Source: Macrostomum lignano (lineage: Eukaryota). Taken from it: DNA of 40,340 nt. Numbering within the stretch: position 1 is the first letter of the stretch; each line of letters begins with the position of its first letter. Both the position numbers and the translations under genes were made by a program. The notes below the pieces were generated by a model. That model did no database searches, was not told the origin of the DNA, and worked only from the letters and a program-made list of their open reading frames with translations. Location of the stretch: the NCBI GenBank assembly GCA_002269645.1, contig NIVC01004623.1, forward strand, positions 1 through 40,340, written 5' to 3'. Of the stretch, positions 9,001 to 24,387 are shown piece by piece.

Positions 9001-10068
9001 AAGAGCTGTTTCATCCTTTTTAAATGTAAAACAATTTCTACATAGTGGATATCTATTTCTATTTTCTCTTAAAAAAGAACTAATATCTTTTATGTATATA
9101 TAATGTGTTTCATTTTCGCGCTGCATGTACAAAAGATCGATTTGATCTGGTGCTGTTATATCAGTTGCTGGCTTAACAAGATAACACCTTTTCTTATACC
9201 ATTCTGGATCGGTTAAAATTTCTTCTAGATCTTTTGGTTCTTCAATTGTAAACACATTAATATTTAAACCATTCATTTTTTCAATCTTATATATATCATC
9301 TATTGCTACTGGGTATGATATGTTTTTCATTATTATTTCATCCTCATATTGTCTATAATTATATATTTTATTAATGTGTGATTCTACTTGATTGTGATAT
9401 TTATGAATTAATAAACACCATAATAAACATTTATTATCTTTATTGTCTGGATTTATAATCATAGGTGATTTAAATTTGAGCTTCATATGTGATCGTCCTT
9501 TTAGAATTTCTATAGGTGCAATCTTTACTATTGCTGAATTACAGGATACAAATATAAACCCAGATCCGTTTTCTGTCATCTTATCTATCCATTCATCAAA
9601 CTCAGCTTCTATTTGATCGAATTGATTGTTGTAATTTCCCAGTGATAATAATGTTTTATATGATTCTTGTGAAAAGTTATTTATTACTTCAATTTCTGAA
9701 TTTGCATTAAGAATATTTGGTTTTTTAAATTCTGTTTCAACTTCTATTTTATACTTAATTGGCTGTCGTTTGTTATTTGGCCTTATAGTATAATTGTTTA
9801 ATATGGTCTTTAATTTATCTTTCATTTGTTTAAAATATTCTTTATAATTTGTATTTATATCTATATCTATATATATTACTTCAGCTCCATTTTGTCCTTG
9901 TGGTTGGGGGTTATTAATATCATTTAATTGTCTTTCTAAACGTATCTCATTTTCTGCCCTAATTCTTGCTTCTATTTCAGCCCTATCGGCAATTCGTTGT
10001 GCTTCGATTTGAGCTATTAATTGCGCTCTAAGTTCAGGGTTGTCGATTTGAGCTAAAATTGCTTCCAT
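6085..10068 (-). CDS. polB: Protein-primed family B DNA polymerase with N-terminal terminal-protein/OTU-like region and Endonuclease VII-like insert
   Basis: ExoI YADFE, ExoII FHNGSGYDFHF, RKGIYPYEY, ExoIII YLKADVLLL, motif A YLDANNLYG, motif B KLMNNAFYGK, motif C YADTDS. OTU-like NKCLLWC...THYIYIK. CFMC...EHCHLTGNYRGAACRSCN insert. Confidence 0.98.
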   Translation of the reverse strand: MEAILAQIDNPELRAQLIAQIEAQRIADRAEIEARIRAENEIRLERQLNDINNPQPQGQNGAEVIYIDIDINTNYKEYFKQMKDKLKTILNNYTIRPNNKRQPIKYKIEVETEFKKPNILNANSEIEVINNFSQESYKTLLSLGNYNNQFDQIEAEFDEWIDKMTENGSGFIFVSCNSAIVKIAPIEILKGRSHMKLKFKSPMIINPDNKDNKCLLWCLLIHKYHNQVESHINKIYNYRQYEDEIIMKNISYPVAIDDIYKIEKMNGLNINVFTIEEPKDLEEILTDPEWYKKRCYLVKPATDITAPDQIDLLYMQRENETHYIYIKDISSFLRENRNRYPLCRNCFTFKKDETALKNHQRFCLDHKFTNAIMPASEDATLKFQQHYMAVKKPIVIYADFEATNVPLKESQTASDDGDRAKHATLRDECTKKLAQQFPNSYCIYVHSVADHIFKSRMITYHGNDAAKHMAESLVNVFEYIQNQYDKLSKNINMTNKDRDNYKNATNCFMCKRHLSKNNKIREHCHLTGNYRGAACRSCNAKEGKGCKEIPVFFHNGSGYDFHFLVRELLHLGKDEYEINILPKTSENYISITYGKKYSHLVFLDSLRFLSTSLANVVSSLVPKPWDLEIVKKNFPILLNRFKKEKLSEEELMLLTRKGIYPYEYVTSKEVFSHTELPPIEKFYSTLSQTNISESDYEHAQKVWKYFNCKTFKDYHNLYLKADVLLLADAFENFRNHTYENFKIDPAYCFSAPGLTWACGLKHTDVKIDLLTDHDMLLMIERGIRGGFSGVLGDRYTKVNNKYLPNYNKKEKSSYVLYLDANNLYGGCMKQKLPIADFQWEDDPDYYKNIPEGRGCIVEVDLQYTREAKAKTYKYPLAPEHCSVNEDDLSQTQKDYLKADNAKHLATKKLILNLHDKKNYVVHYKLLQFYEKQGLKVSKVHRTISFIEEDWLAKYIDFNSNQRQMSKTNFEKDYWKLMNNAFYGKTVENIRDRTQFHLEKDIDKAKKYFSKPNFKDFIKFDDNFMGIHMRNKTTKFLKPIFIGMVVLDYAKLVMYEYYYDVINKTWPDNYPIYADTDSLVFKVETDDRTESMNQRFDVYKDMEKIKDTLDTSDYPDNHPLKSDQNKKVVLKMKDELNSKIITEFIAIRSKCYAFKVLGQEGEVKKIKGVSRAAVKKITFDDYKNVLLDYLNTIENYHAPQYRLNSDKHQMFVIETDKKTLSPFDDKRYLDDKIKTYPYGLKEEIKNMIKDKKQKEDIISKYNEYKAAINNYYYDCDCESECDCEYNTFLEYEKDIDNYYSTFPKELKKLNKEKVLNNWKRLTEKLLIG
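8790..8816 (-). other. Double-hairpin element D (inside polB CDS)
   Basis: Minus strand AT CGTGC-AAA-GCACG CGA CCC-TAC-GGG, in frame within DGDRAKHATLRD. Confidence 0.8.
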
Positions 10069-10152
10069 TTTATAGAATAAAATTTATATAATGTTTGAAT
10101 TATTGATTTTTTAATTTTGTGTTTTTGGTGTCCTGACCCACCCCCCAGGAGC

Positions 10153-11145
10153 CTATTCGAGATCTGCTTTTGGTAATAGCAATCCATTGCCCATAACGTT
10201 TGAATTTAAGAAAATTCCTGAACCTGCTTTTGGTCGCATTTCGAGATATAATCCGCTTCCGTCGTGTTTTTCAATGATATTAAAATCTTTTCCTAATTTA
10301 TTAAAAATTTTCTGAACAGCTGGTCTAAAATTGGATCCAATATTGTCAAAAAATCCTTTAGCTTTCTCACCCGTTTTTTCTAAAGTTTGACCAAATTCAT
10401 GTAGTTTATCTGCTACAACTCCACTTCCTTGGGTTGTTCCTTTTAGTACCAAACCATTCCCGTGATTTGTTCCTTGCAAGAGTAAACCTTTTCCGGCTGC
10501 TAACCTAGCTTCTGCATTTCTTTTTTGCTCTGCTGTTGCTGAACTACTATTAATGGTATCAATAAGTTTCTGTTTGAATTGTGCGTCCTGTGTTATTTGC
10601 TGTCTTTGAAATTCGGCCTCTCTTTTAGCTTTTTCGTCCGCAGCTTTTTTGTCATTTACTGCTTTTGCAATTCCAGCTGCTCCGCCAGCAACTCCTCCAG
10701 CTGCTCCAATTCCTGCAAAAATTATTGGGAGCAAAGCTGCAAGGGGTAAGATTCCCCCCTGTTTCGCTCTTAACTCTCCTAGCTGTTTTACATTATCATG
10801 AATTCTTTTTCCGGCTAAACCGACTGCTCCGGCTGCACCAAGTCCTAAAAGAAGCGGTAGAATGGGTAGTAATCCGCCGTCCTTTTTAGTGTGAGTCTCC
10901 ATTAAAAATTTCACATCGGAGTCTGTCAACCTATAATTTCTGCCGCGATTCTTAAAGGATATTGGCCTTCCTTCTTGTGCATATTTTGCTGCGAGTTTAA
11001 ATGTATCGATGTCGTAGTCAAACTTTTTACCTAATCGATCCAATCTTTTTAACATTGTGTGGCTATGTTTATTATCATCAAGATTTAAGGTATCTACAAT
11101 TTCTCCTATAAAATATAACCGGTTTTCATCATTAACTGAGTCCAT
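10153..11145 (-). CDS. Virion core/membrane precursor with two adenovirus pX-like hydrophobic segments and repeated GxG-hydrophobic putative cleavage sites
   Basis: GGLLPILPLLLGLGAAG and GGILPLAALLPIIFAGIGAAGGVAGGAAGIAKAVNDKK resemble adenovirus pX (GGILPLLIPLIAAAIGA) and a common Polinton gene; six GxG[LIV] motifs in the C-terminal part. Confidence 0.8.
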   Translation of the reverse strand: MDSVNDENRLYFIGEIVDTLNLDDNKHSHTMLKRLDRLGKKFDYDIDTFKLAAKYAQEGRPISFKNRGRNYRLTDSDVKFLMETHTKKDGGLLPILPLLLGLGAAGAVGLAGKRIHDNVKQLGELRAKQGGILPLAALLPIIFAGIGAAGGVAGGAAGIAKAVNDKKAADEKAKREAEFQRQQITQDAQFKQKLIDTINSSSATAEQKRNAEARLAAGKGLLLQGTNHGNGLVLKGTTQGSGVVADKLHEFGQTLEKTGEKAKGFFDNIGSNFRPAVQKIFNKLGKDFNIIEKHDGSGLYLEMRPKAGSGIFLNSNVMGNGLLLPKADLE

Positions 11146-11155
11146 TTTTATATTG

Positions 11156-11554
11156 TTAAAATTTCTTTAATCCTTTTCCACCTTTAATAGTATTTAACAT
11201 TTTATTAAAATCCTGAATATCTTTATTACTTATTGGTGCGCTTTTCGTGGGGGTTTCTGTTGGTTGTGCGGCTTGTGCCAGCTTTAAATCTTTTATTGCA
11301 TTTATTTGTGAGAGGGTGTCGTTAAAATCTCTCAATTTCTTTAGTTCTTCTGCCGCTCTAGCTGCTTCAATTCCTCCTTTTACAGCATTTGTTATAGAGC
11401 CTGCTGCAGAGCCAGCTTGCCCTATAAGCCCCATATTGTCTTTAACAAAATTTGCTGCTGTTCCAACCAAATCAAAAAGTCCCTCACCTCGGTATTCAAT
11501 TGGATCTCCTACCTGATACTCATTTATATTTTGCACATGTGTAACGTGTGTCAT
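11156..11554 (-). CDS. 132-aa precursor with amphipathic helix after RGEG (pVI-like membrane-active candidate); start likely ATG 11554
   Basis: MTHVTHV..YRGEGLFDLVGTAANFVKDNMGLIGQAGSAAG; AAAAAATG start context; C-terminal GGKGLKKF. Confidence 0.6.
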   Translation of the reverse strand: MTHVTHVQNINEYQVGDPIEYRGEGLFDLVGTAANFVKDNMGLIGQAGSAAGSITNAVKGGIEAARAAEELKKLRDFNDTLSQINAIKDLKLAQAAQPTETPTKSAPISNKDIQDFNKMLNTIKGGKGLKKF

Positions 11555-11716
11555 TTTTTGTTCTATTTTTAGTAACAGAAAAATTAAGTTGCAGACACTA
11601 AAGAAAAGGGTAGTGTGCAAGCATCTCGAGCGGTTTTATTTTATAGCTCTTTTTTTACTCTTTTTTGTATAGAAAATAAAGAAGACGCAAACACAAAAGA
11701 TTCTCTATCCAAAAAT

Positions 11717-11772
11717 GAACCTATGGTTCGCGGGCTGTGCCCAGTGGCACCATGGCCTGCTCCGTTGGAGCA
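11717..11772 (-). other. Double-hairpin element E plus an extra hairpin
   Basis: Minus strand AC TGGGC-ACA-GCCCG CGA ACC-ATA-GGT; adjacent TGCTCC-GTT-GGAGCA hairpin (11758-11772); downstream of the spliced gene. Confidence 0.65.
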
Positions 11773-11844
11773 CAAAAGAAGCTTTTATTTCAATGTGTTT
11801 TTTGGAAATCCAGAATTTTTTCTGGACATTTGTCAACAATTCAT

Positions 11845-12681
11845 TCATTCATTGATGCTGGACGCCCCCATTTCACTTGTGGCAGCGGAAATTGTGTCTT
11901 CATCGAAAAGCATTGTGTCATCATCCTCTCCTTCGAAATCGTAGGTGATTTGGCGCTCAATGAGGCAACGGAAATTCTCATCTTCAGTCGCCAGCTTCTC
12001 GATTGGCTTTTTGAACGTCAACAGGGTTTCAAAAGAATACCCAGAAATTACCAGTGCGGGGTATGCGCTAATAAGCGCCGAAAAAGTAAATAGGCGCTGA
12101 GTGAACTTGACGTCAATCGCCAGTTTTTGCGAAATGGCATCGATTCTCAGACCTAGCTTTTCACGCATGGTGACAACAACCTCCGCTTGTTTCTTGCGGG
12201 CAAAACACCCCAAGACATCCAGGTTCGAGATGAAGCTTTCCAGGTGATTAAATTGATTAATCAATTGTGCTTCAATGGCGCCAACTTCGGTGGTACACAC
12301 TTCCTTAGCGTTGTCGAACCTAAAATGAAATTAACTAAGTTGTTGAAATTGTTTTTCATTGGGAGATAATATTCGAAAAAATTTAACTTACCGAGTTTTG
12401 ATGGTATATCTCTCGTTTTCAACTTGTCTCATTTTTTCAATGAGACGACCAATAAACCGACTTTCTCGCTGGCTTTTGTCCGTGGCCTCTTTCTTCTTCT
12501 CCTTCTTCTCTCGCTCTTCGGTCTCAGATTCAATCTTCACTAGCTGCTTTAGCAGCAAGTCCTGCTCCGCTGGAGGCATGCGGCTAATTGCAACTGCTGA
12601 GCTAGCTTGATCTTTGGCGCTAATACTTTTAATGGAGGCTACAATCTTACTTGGGCGCTTTCTATCGCTGGAAGATGCCAT
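11845..12681 (-). CDS. Two-exon 254-aa gene (exon 1 12681-12392, exon 2 12319-11845), unknown function, acidic C-terminal tail
   Basis: ORFs 12388-12681 and 11845-12300 join in frame (CG|G = Arg, then FDNAKEVCTT) on removal of a GTAAGT...TTTCATTTTAG intron. Confidence 0.7.
12320..12391 (-). other. 72-nt spliceosomal intron
   Basis: Donor GTAAGT at 12391-12386, AT-rich body, acceptor TTTCATTTTAG ending at 12320, phase-2 compatible. Confidence 0.7.
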
Positions 12682-12760
12682 TTTTAGCTAATGTTTAATG
12701 GATGCTAAATATTTTTTTATTTTCTAAGAGGTGAGCAAGAGCGGGGTTGATGGTTGTGGT

Positions 12761-12767
12761 TTTTATA
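12761..12767 (-). promoter_or_regulatory. Candidate Pol II TATA box for the spliced terminal gene
   Basis: CTATAAAAA about 80 nt upstream of ATG 12681, leaving room for a TSS about 30 nt downstream. Confidence 0.4.
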
Positions 12768-13096
12768 GAGTTGAAGTAGAGTGGGCGTTCAATTCCTGCT
12801 GCAGCAAGATTTTGCAAGATGGCAGAAACAGCAAATTACTTCTTATACTGTAGATGGCTGTGAGACAGTCTGCTTTTATTGAAAAACACGTCTCAACAAG
12901 TAGCATTTTCTGCACCTCCCTGCGCGTGAGTCAGTTTGTGCCAGTTGTGTTGCTGCCTTTCGCTGTGATAAAATGAACAATAGTGGCTATGAGAGTAATT
13001 TTTTTGTTGAGTGCTTCTATACCATGACTCAGTTTAAACTCTTGTGCCCAAGCCCCTGACCCTACGCGCCTGCGGCGCGGCCTGGGGTTATAAAGT

Positions 13097-13404
13097 AGTA
13101 GTAGGTAAAAAGACGCTTCTAGATCAGACCTATTGAAAATGATGATTTGAAGGGCTATTAATGGGGGGACGCGAGGGGATTGTTTGGTTGTGATAGGGTG
13201 TGTTATTGGGAATATGGGTGAATATTGTGTGATTTGTGTGAGTTGGTGGTGTTAATGGGAGGTAGTGGGAGGTAGTGTGTTTAAGGGGGGTAAAGGGTAT
13301 TTAGATGTGTTTTTTTAGTACCCCCTCGTGTCCCCCCACTAGCCCTTCAAATCAGCATGTTAAATAGGGGTTCTGGGTCTAGAAGCGTCTTTTTACCTAC
13401 TACT
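13097..13404. repeat. Element terminus with internal inverted copy (arms 13097-13178 and 13321-13404)
   Basis: AGTAGTAGGTAAAAAGACGCTTCTAGA (13097) is the exact reverse complement of the last 27 nt; similarity continues with indels for about 82-84 nt. Confidence 0.85.
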
Positions 13405-13751
13405 CAGGACTGCTTTCAGACATGGTGCACACGGATGCGACGGTGCATAGATAGTGGTGGAAAGTACTTTTAGGGAATGTGACACTGATTAGACGCCTCG
13501 GGTGCTGTAGCACAGAGTTGTGAGGTCACTTGCAGAACTTTTTGATCACCCCTCGTAGATAGTAGTGTCGCGACTTTCCTAGTCATTTCTTAGTTCACCT
13601 TCACTTGTCTCTGTTTACTCTGTTTTCTCTCTCTCTCTCTGTGTCTAGCTCAATCTTGTTATTCTTATCTCTCTCTCCCTTGCTGCGTTCTGATTGGCTC
13701 TCCGTTCTCGCCTCTTTCCTCAGTCGCGCACTCCACCCCCCTTGTCTTATC

Positions 13752-14494
13752 CAAGGACGACTTAAGTAGAAGGACGGGAAACCTCGTTTCTTAGAAAATT
13801 TTAGAAGGCAGGTTTTCCCGAAAAAATACACTACGGAGATAGGAAGTTTTCATTTTTTCAGCACAAAAATTGTTTTTGCTTTTGATAGGAGGCAGTTCCA
13901 GTGTTCATCTTTTGATATGTTGTGCCTTTCTTATTGCTTTATCGATATTAATGAAGCTATTCGTACAGAAAATTAGGATTCTATGTTAATTTTTTATTCT
14001 GCGTACATTACCTGAACCAAAAATAATAATAATGCATTGCACAGCTCCAAATCATTGGTTTTATCTCGTATAGCTTCGCCACTCGTGAAAAATTTATCAT
14101 TGTCTACCTCCAAAACCATATACACAAACACATTGTCTCATGAATGTATTTTTAGAAGCCTAAAATAATGATTCCTAAGCGTGGAATAATGAGCGTACAG
14201 CATGACACAATGGTATTTAGGCACAAGACATGCGGAAATGTACGTAGAATAAGAAATTAACATAGAATCCTAATTTTCTGAACGAAAAGCTCTATGAATA
14301 TCGATAGAGCAATGAAAAAGGCACAACATATCAAAAGATGAACACTGGAACTGCCTCCTATCAAAAGCAATAACAATTTTTGTGCTGAAAAAATGAAAAC
14401 TTCCTATCTCCGTAGTATATTTTTTCGGGAAAACCTGCCTTCTAAAATTTTCTAAGAAACGAGGTTTCCCGTCCTTCTACTTAAGTCGTCCTTG
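13752..14494. mobile_element. 743-bp non-autonomous fold-back MITE, about 255-bp TIRs, 8-bp TSD (P- or hAT-type)
   Basis: CAAGGACGACTTAAG... at 13752 and its reverse complement ending at 14494; GTCTTATC duplicated at 13744-13751 and 14495-14502. Confidence 0.88.
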
Positions 14495-14631
14495 GTCTTA
14501 TCTTGCACCCCTAAAGTTAATGTCATATAAATATATCGGTTTGGGCCGTGTGCCCACTTACTGGCTCCTCATCTTATTCAATTGAACATCTAATTTAAAT
14601 GTAGTGTGTTTACTCTTATTATTTCTTCGAC

Positions 14632-15738
<1,107 letters not shown>

Positions 15739-15831
15739 CTTACTTACTTACTTACTACTGACGGGGGGCGCAGGCGCCGCGAATAGGCCGCGAGGCCCCC
15801 ATCGCAACCCCAAGGTAAAAGAGCACAAGGA

Positions 15832-20547
<4,716 letters not shown>

Positions 20548-21120
20548 TCAGGTGGTTTGATTTATCCATGCAGAGTAGGCTGAAATGGAAAAACTGAAAT
20601 GTAGAAAAGAGGGGGGGTAACCGCTCGGGGACTGGATATACCCCAGCCAGCTCCGTGGAGCTACCCTCTGCCACGGTAAACAGCAGAGAAGCTTTGGGTT
20701 GCCGTCTTATCCCAGGATTGCTCCCAGGCGAGGCTCCGGCAGGCCCCCGGTCCACACTCTGCAAGATCAGGGGGCGGGAGGCCGGCTGCGGGCTTGGGAC
20801 ACAGGCGCCAGGTCGAGTTGACAGCCGACGCCCGAGCCCTCCCCCACAAGAGCGGCCCTCGAGAACCCGTGTGGTACCAGTTGCAACTAAGGGCTGTCGA
20901 TGGGTAGTTGGCGCTTAGCCAGCAGCCAACTACTTAGCAGCCACCTGCCCCGCAAAAAAAGCAGCAGGGGGGATCCGTCCCCCACCAGCAGACCAAGACG
21001 AGGAAGCTAGCCGCTTCCACGCCAGGCCAGAACGAAAAGGAGGGGGAAGAGCCTCCTCGAAAAACGAAAAGCTGGCGGATGTCACAGAGTCCCTCGGTTT
21101 AAGTTGCCGTTTGCCCCCCT

Positions 21121-21158
21121 AGATAGATAGATAGATAGATAGATAGATATATAGATAT

Positions 21159-21219
<61 letters not shown>

Positions 21220-21232
21220 GAGATAGATAGAG

Positions 21233-21323
<91 letters not shown>

Positions 21324-21349
21324 GAGATAGATAGAGATTAGATAGATAG
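21121..21349 (+). repeat. (GATA)n microsatellite (5' flank of LINE)
   Basis: Direct reading. Confidence 0.99.
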
Positions 21350-23319
21350 CCACTGTGGGAGTCAGTGGGAGGCAGGGGCGCTAGTGCTGTTTCTGCATGG
21401 CTGCAGTTCGCATTTCCATAGTGCTGGCAGCGCACAAGCAGCTGCATTTTATCTCCAGCTAAAAAGACAGTCCCGTCTGTTTCCTACCTCCGTAAATGTC
21501 AACAAACTGTTCGTAAGCGGACCCCATGCGAATGCTACGCCTGTAGAAGCTGCTGCTAACGATAATCAAAACATTCGTGTCAAGTTGCTGGAGTTAATCC
21601 CCGACCGAGAGTCTACTATAGGGACTGCGGGTGGTTTACCAGCCCACGTATCCTTATATGGAAGAGCTTGAGTCTTAATAAGCCCCTTAGTAAAGCTGCT
21701 GTATATGACAGGGACGTAATATAAGGGAAGTTGACATGGTCTGACAATAATCTGATATCAATTATTGCACTTTCAATCATAGTGATTGACAATTTTCAAT
21801 TGGGATTTTTATTCGACTAAAATTGTTTACAACCAAGACAGATTAAGCTTAATTTTTGTATGCAGTATGCTCAACTAGTGAAATTGGACTTTTCTTGATC
21901 GATTTTGTCTATGGCGAAAATCCACTTAGCTCGACGCGTTCTCAGGAGTCAATAGATTGGCGGGATGACAGTGCTATGGTATTGCCGAATGGTATAGCCA
22001 ACAAGTGACCAACCCACTTGGTTTTTACCATAGACGTTAAAGCACTTTCTAAAATGATATCAGTTCTAAATTGTCAATTGTAATTTACGTTAAGGCAATG
22101 ACATTCAAGTAATGACCGGTCATTGTTTGAAATTGACAATAAAGCAATTTACCGGGATATCATTTTAGAATAAAGAACGAGTCTATGAGCGTAAAATAAA
22201 ATAGTCTGTTGTTGTAAGTGGGGGCTTCGCCCCCACACCCCCATTCCTCCTCACTCGGATCCTGGTGGACAAATTGACCAATTAAGTTAGCTGGAAGTGA
22301 GAAAACATGGTAATGGCCATAGACACGAGCGGCGATAGCCACTCGTGAATTCTCACTTCCAGACAACCCTCCATTGTATCTTACGCACAGTGATAGAGCA
22401 ATAACAATCTTAAACGGTTAATATTTGTTATAGTCTATGGTCAAATCAACCCTTTTCCTTCAGTTAGGCTGACTCCTCCCGCTAGCCTGAAATAATGGCC
22501 GCGCGAATTCAAATAGGCTGAAATAATGACAATTTTCCTGAAGTTTTCCATTGACAAATTGCTGTTCAGTATAAAAATATCATGCGCTTTGTGCACTCGT
22601 GTCTGGGTCGTAGCTGCACTCAAAAGCCGTGCGTCATCTCTCTAGTGGCTGCTGTTGCAGCGAATGGGGATTCTTTGCTATTGCACTGACAAAAGTAAAT
22701 CAATGCTGAAGAGACTCTGTACTCGTACAATCTTCAATGATGCCGAACAATCCACTGCACCAGAGCAGAACGCCTCCTCTCTCTAACAAAATGTCGAGTG
22801 CGAATTATCCATAGATGGTAAGCATTTCTGCGCTATAGCTAGTCCTATAAGCTGAATATAGACCTTTGAAATCCTCCCTGACTGCCAGGGGAGCGACTCG
22901 TGCATGTACGAGCTCACTGATCTCATCGGGACATATTTGCATCGCGTTGGTGGGGCTGGCGTTTCAAATTTCAGGCCTCCTTCCCTCTCTTAATCTCTCC
23001 CTCCCACCATGCGGGCCAGAAACCAGATTTCTCAATTCTCACCTCCTCCCCTCCTCCTCCTCTTCCTCCTCCTCCGGCCCGCCCCCTTCCCCTTCCCTGC
23101 GCTAACCGCTCGCCTGGACCACGTGACAACGGAAATGCAGCTCACGTGATCACTTATCCCACCGGGGGCCTGGCGTCCGCCACCCCCAGAAAAACACATC
23201 CCAATCCTACAGCTTTTTACCAGGCGCTGGAGATCGCAACTGGCTGTCCTTGGAGTGCCCCGCGCATCTCAACGACCGGATGTTTCACCTTTCTGTGAAT
23301 ATCTAGATAGAGTAGAATC

Positions 23320-24380
<1,061 letters not shown>

Positions 24381-24387
<7 letters not shown>

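Larger units (their letters stand above)
1..13404. mobile_element. Polinton/Maverick (polintovirus, adintovirus-like) endogenous element, right-hand part; left part lies upstream of the window
   Basis: AT-rich, gene-dense block with pPolB, adenain protease, penton, A32-like ATPase fragment and pX-like gene. Ends in the Polinton-type terminus ...TTTTTACCTACTACT (13404), after which sequence character changes to host. Confidence 0.93.

Noticed and set aside
10131-10150. TCCTG/CAGGA hairpin after the pX-like stop and CGCGCC-TGC-GGCGCG at 13065-13079 as members of the double-hairpin family
   Set aside because: Single hairpins lacking the AT/CG spacer architecture; possibly related signals but not counted.
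13097-13404. Terminal inverted repeat as an independent mini-transposon
   Set aside because: No duplicated target site (TAAAGT on the left vs CAGGAC on the right); better read as part of the element end, pending other copies.
20900-21120. HDV-like ribozyme in the LINE 5' UTR (TTCCTCG loop-like motif present)
   Set aside because: I could not assemble consistent P1/P2/P3 pairings by eye; needs an RNArobo or Infernal search.
22028-22441. CCATAGAC / GTCTATGG inverted pair as MITE ends
   Set aside because: Only 8 bp match and the flanks (TTA vs TCA) do not form a clean TSD.
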